DNA from: a virus
Lineage: Duplodnaviria; Caudoviricetes
Strand: one strand, 5' to 3'
DNA: 32,366 nucleotides
IMG/VR virus record: IMGVR_UViG_3300030333_004239
Coordinates: 1-32,366 of that record
A model generated the notes under the pieces. It was given only the letters and a program-made list of their open reading frames with translations, searched no databases and was not told where the DNA came from. The position numbers were made by a program, and so were the translations under genes. Positions 26,467 to 32,366 of this stretch are shown piece after piece; the first letter of the stretch is position 1; every line of letters starts with the position of its first letter.

Positions 26467-26924
26467 GAAAAATATCAGCTATACTAGATACCTTATCTGC
26501 GTCACAAAATTCGTTTTACTTGATAAAAGAGTTTAATAAGCTTCAGGAGGACAATCAATATTCACCTGTGTGCTTTTATAATAACCTAAGTGCTACGCCA
26601 ATTAAAACACACTTTGCCTGTATGAACATATCATACTACTCGCGCTTTGATGGTGTGACGATTGCCACTAGCATTGATACGGCAAACACAGTAATTAAGA
26701 CAAACAATAATTCCAAAAAGTTTCTGTATCTATGGGATGTTGAGTGGATAAGAAAACCAATGGATTTTAATTATGTAAATTCTGTGTTATCTAACGACGA
26801 TATAGCTATAATAAGTAGGAGCAATTCGCACTCAGACCTTATAAAGAATTACTGCAATAAAGAGGTAGCTGGCGTTGTGCAAGACTGGGACATGGAACAG
26901 CTGGAGAAAATAATATGGACATAG
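26463..26924 (+). CDS. Hypothetical protein resembling a stand-alone GT-B N-terminal domain
   Basis: TIATSIDTA...KKFLYLWDVEW...IISRSNSHSDLI resembles WsaF-type N-terminal domain motifs. ATGA overlap at 26463-26466. Confidence 0.5.
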   Translation: MRKISAILDTLSASQNSFYLIKEFNKLQEDNQYSPVCFYNNLSATPIKTHFACMNISYYSRFDGVTIATSIDTANTVIKTNNNSKKFLYLWDVEWIRKPMDFNYVNSVLSNDDIAIISRSNSHSDLIKNYCNKEVAGVVQDWDMEQLEKIIWT

Positions 26925-27685
26925 ATATTATAACTAAAATGTATGTAGATGAGGGCAAGAGCACTCATGAGATAGCAGAGATACTTGGAACGTATCCAAA
27001 TAAGATTAGGCGTACACTTGTGTCTAACGGGATAGAATTGCGCAGTAGAAGTGCGTCTAGAAAGACAGCGTTAAAGTCTGGAAGGGCTGAACATCCAACC
27101 AAAGGAAAGAAGAGAACCGAAGAGGTAAAGGAAAAAATAAGTCAGTCTATGGAAAAGCAATGGGCTGACCTATCTGAAACCGAGAAAAAAAGACGTAGCG
27201 ATATCGGTAAAGAAGCTTGGGAAAGCAAAACTGAAGCCGAAAGATATGAGCTTCAGCTAAAAGCTGCTCAGGCGCTTAGAGAAACAATAGTTCATGGGTC
27301 AAAACCTGAAAGGCTATTATATGACAAGTTGAACGAGACAGGAAGAACTGTCGAACTTCACAGGAAAGGACTCATAGAAGGCACAAATTATGAGATGGAC
27401 TTATACTTGCCTGAATTGATGACTATAATTGAGGTTGACGGACCGCAGCATTTTAAGCCAGTTTTTGGAGAAAAAGGGTTGCGAGAATACGTTAAGCATG
27501 ATATAATTAAGAACGGGATTCTCATTAAAAGGGGATTCTGTGTAATTAGAGTGAAGTACCTATGCACCTCTTATAGTAGGGCTGTAGGTAGAAAGTTGTG
27601 GGAAACTGTAGAGCCTGTTATACAGCAGGTAGAGAAAAAGTTTCCTCCGAAGAGTAAAAGGCTTATTGAACTGGAGATTTCTTAA
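26915..27685 (+). CDS. HTH + NUMOD3-like + Vsr/DUF559-like endonuclease (probable free-standing homing endonuclease)
   Basis: MYVDEGKSTHEIAEILG HTH; KGKKRTEEVKEKISQS; SKPERLL...MDLYLPE...IEVDGPQHF...D..KN...GFCVIRV. Confidence 0.78.
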   Translation: MDIDIITKMYVDEGKSTHEIAEILGTYPNKIRRTLVSNGIELRSRSASRKTALKSGRAEHPTKGKKRTEEVKEKISQSMEKQWADLSETEKKRRSDIGKEAWESKTEAERYELQLKAAQALRETIVHGSKPERLLYDKLNETGRTVELHRKGLIEGTNYEMDLYLPELMTIIEVDGPQHFKPVFGEKGLREYVKHDIIKNGILIKRGFCVIRVKYLCTSYSRAVGRKLWETVEPVIQQVEKKFPPKSKRLIELEIS

Positions 27686-28470
27686 TGCAAGACCAAATTG
27701 ATTTAGAGTTGTTTGACGCTGAAAGTATGACTGAAGATGATATACTTTTAGTTCCTAAGCAAGAAGAAGAAGACCAAAACATTCCTGAGTACGGATCTCC
27801 AGAATGGAACAAGTACGTTATGGAACATTTTAGACCTGACGAATTAATCGACGGAAATCCTATTTGTGCAGGGCTGAGGAGAGTAGCAGGGTTGCTATTA
27901 GGGGAGATTGTAGAATCTGGCCCCGATCAGGTATTCCCAGCCACAGATGGAAATGGACCCGGACGAGCCACTGTTGTATATCAAGTGGTAGTAAACTGGA
28001 TGAATAGCGGCTCAGTTCGGGTTTTTAAGGAAGTTGCCGATGTATGGCATGGTAATACAGATGATCTATTTTGTGCTCATCCTGTTGCCACCGCTAGCAC
28101 TCGTGCGGAAGGACGCGCTTTACGTAAAGCTTTAGGTATCCGATGCTTAGCTGCTGAAGAACTAGCAAGAAAAGACATTGTATCTATTGTGCAACAAAGC
28201 GTAAAAAAGGATAATCCCATCAGCGGAGAGTGGGATGAAGCAGCTATGATTAGCTCTTCACAAATTAATTTTATTGACAATAAGTGCAGACAGTTAGATA
28301 TTAATGTTATGGAATTCATCAACTGCGGAGAAGGAGCCTATGACTCAATCGAAGAAGTTGAAAAAAGCAAAGCCTCCGCAATGCTTGGAGTTCTTAACAA
28401 ATATCAAACTAAGCAAAGCGAGATGCCGGAAGGTATCATGGGTTATAACAAGAATTGGAGAAATGCGTAA
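27685..28470 (+). CDS. Putative single-strand annealing protein (Rad52/Sak/ERF-like)
   Basis: Beta-hairpin RATVVYQV followed by helix ATASTRAEGRALRKALGI...AEEL; C-terminal SSSQINFI...KASAML module. Confidence 0.5.
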   Translation: MQDQIDLELFDAESMTEDDILLVPKQEEEDQNIPEYGSPEWNKYVMEHFRPDELIDGNPICAGLRRVAGLLLGEIVESGPDQVFPATDGNGPGRATVVYQVVVNWMNSGSVRVFKEVADVWHGNTDDLFCAHPVATASTRAEGRALRKALGIRCLAAEELARKDIVSIVQQSVKKDNPISGEWDEAAMISSSQINFIDNKCRQLDINVMEFINCGEGAYDSIEEVEKSKASAMLGVLNKYQTKQSEMPEGIMGYNKNWRNA

Positions 28471-28799
28471 TGAAAGTTGAATTAACTGCTGGTAAACTAA
28501 ACGTAGCTTTTGAAGGCGAAACCGTCCGTGAATTATGGAAGCAAATTGCTATATTTCAAGAGGTGTTTGGTGAAACCAAATGTGGGAAATGTGGCTCAGA
28601 GAACCTCAGATTTGTCGTAAGAGAAAACGACGGGAATGAATACTATGAGCTTCGCTGTATGGACTGTGGAGCTAAACTGTCGTTTGGCGCCAACAAGAAG
28701 GGTGGCGGATTGTTTCCTAAACGTAAGGATGCTGATGGAAATTGGCTACCTGACGGTGGGTGGCAGAGATGGAACCCTAAAACGAAATCCCTTGAATAA
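28470..28799 (+). CDS. Zinc-ribbon hypothetical protein
   Basis: CGKC...CMDC. TAATG overlap at 28468-28472; GGAG upstream. Confidence 0.75.
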   Translation: MKVELTAGKLNVAFEGETVRELWKQIAIFQEVFGETKCGKCGSENLRFVVRENDGNEYYELRCMDCGAKLSFGANKKGGGLFPKRKDADGNWLPDGGWQRWNPKTKSLE

Positions 28800-28817
28800 G
28801 GGTGCTCCGGTTAAGGC

Positions 28818-28852
28818 GACCTCGCTCAGGGAAACTTGGGCGAGGTTTCTTT
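28818..28852 (+). terminator. Rho-independent terminator of the + strand run
   Basis: Stem GACCTCGCTCAGG / CTTGGGCGAGGTT (with G:U pairs), GAAA tetraloop, followed by TCTTT; 18 nt after the last + strand stop. Confidence 0.8.
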
Positions 28853-28858
28853 ATGGCA

Positions 28859-28891
28859 TAAATAAAGCCCCGCGATTAAGCAGGGCTTTTT
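28859..28891 (-). terminator. Rho-independent terminator of the - strand block (possibly bidirectional)
   Basis: On the - strand: AAAGCCCTGC-TTAATC-GCGGGGCTTT then ATTTA; T-run on the + side as well. Confidence 0.8.
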
Positions 28892-28914
28892 AATGGACTT
28901 AAAGGCTCAAGTCT

Positions 28915-29856
28915 TTATAGGTACTCTAGAGATACATATAGTCCATATGATGTTTTTGATCCAATGCTTAATGGAGAAGCAGAGATAGCTGCATACCAAG
29001 TATGTCTTTGTGCTAATCCAGTTCCACCAAAAGTATTAGTAGTAGTCTTTGTTCCTAAGTTAGGAGTACCACCATTTGAGGCAGTATCTCTATATGTGCT
29101 GTCGTAATATTGTAACCATTTAGGTTGAACAGCAGAAACATTAGAGTTAACAGAGTTCACAAAGAACCCGCCACTTCCGGGAGAGTTAAAGAGAGGAACA
29201 ACAACACCAGTACCACCAACAGTTTCAGTGTCACCAGTAACAGTTCCGAGTCTTTCATCGCCATTGCCTTCACCAGCAGTAGCTTCTGTCTGAGTAAAGT
29301 TTTGGAATACAACACCAGAAGAGTTGGTATAGAAGTCTTGTGCAGCTCTCCAAGTACCAGCGTCTGGCCAAGGAGATCCCCACCAGAACATGTCGCCAGA
29401 ACCGTAGCAGTTACTGTTAAGAGCTACATTGTCCGAGCCGTTGCTAGATTCCCAAGCGGAAGTTGTCTTACCGTCAAAGTTTACGATTTCCGCAACCTTT
29501 GTCACAACACCAGATGCTGGGAAGTTTATATTACCTCTATCATATATTCTTAACTGACAGTTTTGAACATTAACATGAGTGCTATGATCAAAGTTGATGT
29601 GGAATGTTCTATTACCAGAATTGATCTTAGTAAGAGGAATACCAGAACCCACAGCAGTAGAGTTGCCTGAAGCGCAATTAGTGTACTTAATATTATTAGC
29701 TGATGGGCCTTGCGCCGTACCAGCTGCATTTGTTACAAACGTAGTATCTTGAAAAGAACCGATTTGCACGGATGAGCCAAAAGTAGCTCCATAAAAGCCG
29801 AGCCCAGAACCAGCTATATTTTGCTGACTCCCGATTCCAAATGTGATTTCAGCCAT
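28915..29856 (-). CDS. Probable virion structural protein (Gly/Ser/Thr/Asn-rich, beta-rich)
   Basis: 313-aa ORF with strong AAGGAG RBS (29866-29871) and a terminator directly downstream. Structural role is inferred from composition only. Confidence 0.6.
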   Translation of the reverse strand: MAEITFGIGSQQNIAGSGLGFYGATFGSSVQIGSFQDTTFVTNAAGTAQGPSANNIKYTNCASGNSTAVGSGIPLTKINSGNRTFHINFDHSTHVNVQNCQLRIYDRGNINFPASGVVTKVAEIVNFDGKTTSAWESSNGSDNVALNSNCYGSGDMFWWGSPWPDAGTWRAAQDFYTNSSGVVFQNFTQTEATAGEGNGDERLGTVTGDTETVGGTGVVVPLFNSPGSGGFFVNSVNSNVSAVQPKWLQYYDSTYRDTASNGGTPNLGTKTTTNTFGGTGLAQRHTWYAAISASPLSIGSKTSYGLYVSLEYL

Positions 29857-29890
29857 TGTTAAATTCTCCTTTAATATATCTAGAGTACCT

Positions 29891-29911
29891 TATGTAATAT
29901 AATACACAAAA
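29891..29911 (-). promoter_or_regulatory. Candidate promoter (TTTTGTGTATTATATTACATA) for the 313-aa gene
   Basis: AT-rich element containing TATTAT in the 81-nt intergenic gap upstream of the RBS; no canonical -35. Confidence 0.3.
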
Positions 29912-29937
29912 GTACAGTCATTAGGTTAAATTTTAGT

Positions 29938-30348
29938 CTATTTTCTGCCACACCCTCCGCATTTTCCTCTAGAAGCCTTATACGTCTCCCATTTACCAAT
30001 AGGACATCTCTCAGAAGCCCAATCAGTCTTTGCATCTACAAAACAACCACATTCAGAACAACGATTACCAGATAGAAATTCACAGCCTAAACAGTGCTCC
30101 ATGCGAGATTGTTTGACTGCCTCTGGAACACTTTGACCTCCATTCATAGCATGTCTAGCTACTGCTTTAGTGAAGTTTTTAGCCTGCTGAAACATAGAAG
30201 GCATTTTTGGTTTGTTATCTGGTATTTGTTTTTTGTGAGCTTCTATAACTTCTTCTACTTCATTAGAGCCGTATTCACCAAGCCCACAGGCATTGCACGC
30301 GCAGTCATTGCAGTTAAGCACTGCAGAGCAATTTTTACATCTTGCCAT
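29938..30348 (-). CDS. Small Cys-rich protein (DUF6171-like C-terminal domain)
   Basis: RMEHCLGCEFLSGNRCSECGCFVDAK...CPIGKW; additional CxxC pairs at both termini. Confidence 0.7.
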   Translation of the reverse strand: MARCKNCSAVLNCNDCACNACGLGEYGSNEVEEVIEAHKKQIPDNKPKMPSMFQQAKNFTKAVARHAMNGGQSVPEAVKQSRMEHCLGCEFLSGNRCSECGCFVDAKTDWASERCPIGKWETYKASRGKCGGCGRK

Positions 30349-30358
30349 CTTAAAATCC

Positions 30359-32366
30359 TTATAATAAACTAACTACCGGAAGAGGTGGTTCTCCAATCTG
30401 TATGTCTTTAGGTCGCTCATATGCTTTTGGTACTGTCAATATGTTACACTCAACGTATTCGCCGCCTTGTTTGTTATCACAGCAATCAAATACATGATTA
30501 TCTTCGTTCCCAAGCTTTATAACTTTTCCGTCATCACAACTATATCTATAATCAAATACTCCCCTCTGAGTAGCCGTATCTGGATGCCAACCTAGTACGG
30601 TATGCCATATATATCCACTTTGATAAGGCGGATGAGGCAAGCCACCAAGATATGAACTCACAACACAATATGTATCCGTACTTATACACCACGAATTCGG
30701 TATCTGTGGGTGGAAGCCAGAATTTGCCATTCCCTGCGCAGCCAGAGCTGGGTCATATAGAGGATTGTCTACCAACCAATGGCAGCAATGTACTCCGTCC
30801 TTGCAGGTGTACACCGTTCCTTGTGCACCAACCACCGGACTAAATACCTTATTAGCAGGGTTACATTCATAAGTTTCACAAGAAGTACAAGACACTGACT
30901 TATAGAAGTCATCTTCACCACCAGTTAGAGCTTTAGCTAAACCGCAATACGTATTATCGTCAGCGTATACTTCTCCTAAATCAAGCCAAGTAGTATCGCA
31001 AATGCTAACTTCTGGAGCTCCAAAGTCTTTACACTCCCACGTTCCACCAAAACCGCCATCGGCTACGGCATCCTCGCAGACTTCTTTCGGTGGTTTTAGC
31101 GGTGGTGGGTTTGGGTTTCCCGGTTGAAAGTTTCCAAAATCCCAGACACCTTGGATGATACTACCATCATCCTTATTTCTACAAAAACAGTGGAAATTAT
31201 CCTTCTCTCCTTTAGTCCCTATAATAGATCTATCTACTTTACCCACAGGAATTCCGCAGGCAAAAAATCCTTCAGGAGGCTCCTGTCCCGGAGAAAGGCA
31301 TGCATCACTAAATTCAGCTTTTAATTTTATATACGGTTTATGAACAAAGTATAAGTTTTTACAGTTATCTACTTTAACTCCCCCAATACATTGTTTTAGT
31401 TTTTTGGACAGGTTAAAAACTTCGTCAACGGCATGAGTACATTTGCCACCGCACTCTAACTGATTGTTGGCATTATTAATTCTTTTCCCTTGATCAAACC
31501 TTGGGGCAGGATCACCAACGCCAGTGAATATTGTTGTGGATATATCGTTACACCCATCGACAGCATCATTTATTGCGCACCCTCCAGCAAGCTCTTTAGC
31601 TGTTACTGCCGTGTTCTTTGACCTTTCTGGAGTATTACATGGACTCTCGCCACCTGCGTCTTGCGACCTTTTATCTTGACCTATAGGAGTATCTTCCATC
31701 TGGTCGGTGGCTAGATGCTCTGGAATCGTTGGATCGTACTGAAGCTCCCCTATGAAGGGTAACGATTGACCCCTTTTAGCTACAATATCATACCAGTATA
31801 TACTACCAGCAGCCTTGTAAAAAACTTCAGCGGCTTCAAAGTCTGTTACGAATCTTGTCCCCTTTTGGTCATATGAAGCATTAGACTGCTCCTCTTTCCT
31901 AGAGTCGAAGTTAGTCCACGCAGCAACAGAAGTTCTAAGGTCCGTATGCATGCCGCCCTTAGACCAAGGCGTATCAACATTGTTAGCATATTCTTTAATA
32001 ACGGTCTCGGGAGGATGCAAAACTGCTTTTTCTATACGTTCAAATTTTATATTATTTCCATCAAATTCGCCCTCGAAGAAATCAACACGCACTAAAAACG
32101 CATCTTTTTTACCGCAATGACTAAAACTATCTACGGAAGTTTGACTCCACGAACAAGAGTTTCCTAGATCAACACCGTCAACACCCCATAGTGTAGATAA
32201 TATTTTAACGTGGCCTGCTTCCCAAGAGGTTTGCACTGAATTCATTAAGCCAACATTAGCGTTAAACTTAGTATTTGGTGGCGGTCCGGGAAACTCGCCG
32301 CAATCACATCGTGCGGGGGTGGGCTTGCAGTTTGCTGTTGGCGAGGTAGGAAAGTCGCCCATTCTC
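30359..32366 (-). CDS. Large Cys/Pro/Gly-rich protein, probably virion tail/fibre-associated (5' end probably outside the window)
   Basis: At least 667 aa, about 32 Cys by my count; frame is open to the window edge. Function is inferred. Confidence 0.6.
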   Translation of the reverse strand, partial: RMGDFPTSPTANCKPTPARCDCGEFPGPPPNTKFNANVGLMNSVQTSWEAGHVKILSTLWGVDGVDLGNSCSWSQTSVDSFSHCGKKDAFLVRVDFFEGEFDGNNIKFERIEKAVLHPPETVIKEYANNVDTPWSKGGMHTDLRTSVAAWTNFDSRKEEQSNASYDQKGTRFVTDFEAAEVFYKAAGSIYWYDIVAKRGQSLPFIGELQYDPTIPEHLATDQMEDTPIGQDKRSQDAGGESPCNTPERSKNTAVTAKELAGGCAINDAVDGCNDISTTIFTGVGDPAPRFDQGKRINNANNQLECGGKCTHAVDEVFNLSKKLKQCIGGVKVDNCKNLYFVHKPYIKLKAEFSDACLSPGQEPPEGFFACGIPVGKVDRSIIGTKGEKDNFHCFCRNKDDGSIIQGVWDFGNFQPGNPNPPPLKPPKEVCEDAVADGGFGGTWECKDFGAPEVSICDTTWLDLGEVYADDNTYCGLAKALTGGEDDFYKSVSCTSCETYECNPANKVFSPVVGAQGTVYTCKDGVHCCHWLVDNPLYDPALAAQGMANSGFHPQIPNSWCISTDTYCVVSSYLGGLPHPPYQSGYIWHTVLGWHPDTATQRGVFDYRYSCDDGKVIKLGNEDNHVFDCCDNKQGGEYVECNILTVPKAYERPKDIQIGEPPLPVVSLL

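Noticed and set aside
10335-26924. Host O-antigen/capsule locus or T4-like DNA hypermodification cluster
   Set aside because: No Wzx/Wzy/ABC or priming transferase and the flanks are phage-like. No thymidylate-synthase-like hydroxymethylase or TET/JBP gene in the window, although one could lie elsewhere in the genome.
26915-27685. True Vsr repair enzyme linked to the CCWGG depletion
   Set aside because: The HTH and NUMOD3-like domains point to a homing-type endonuclease, and there is no adjacent dcm gene.
129-31343. Short antisense or nested ORFs in the six-frame track (e.g. 22898-23230 -, 29125-29553 +, 8287-8607 +)
   Set aside because: They lie within well-supported genes and show no recognisable motifs; treated as shadow ORFs.
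1-32366. Stop-codon reassignment, tRNA/rRNA genes, IS elements, tandem repeats
   Set aside because: TAA, TAG and TGA all end genes at sensible positions with near-complete coding density. Intergenic gaps are too short or are explained by terminators; no transposase or repeat array was seen.

Overview
Gene-dense, AT-rich (roughly 38-40% GC by eye), standard-code window that reads as part of a large dsDNA bacteriophage genome. It carries replication, glycan and probable virion genes, with no rRNA, tRNA, CRISPR array or host housekeeping genes. Bases 1-28799 are one + strand run of translationally coupled genes (many TAATG/ATGA overlaps). The replication module (1-10345) holds a DnaB helicase cut by the window edge, a DnaG-type primase, a T4 gp1-like dNMP kinase, a Cas4/AddB-like exonuclease, a SAM methyltransferase, DNA polymerase III alpha, SSB and a small sigma factor. 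The polymerase is split without an intein into two genes, with a 71-aa ORF and a DnaQ-like proofreading exonuclease between the halves. A ~16.6 kb glycan island (10335-26924) follows: about a dozen glycosyltransferase-like genes, a ColD-type 3-dehydratase plus a GDP-fucose-synthase/ColC-like enzyme (candidate GDP-colitose pathway), an FkbM methyltransferase and several apparently degenerate enzyme homologues. Next come a Vsr/DUF559-like endonuclease, a putative single-strand annealing protein and a Zn-ribbon protein. Two back-to-back terminators separate this run from a convergent - strand block of probable structural genes, two of them Cys-rich. By manual reading CCWGG appears to be absent from the whole window. 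All calls come from motif recognition by eye, without database searches.
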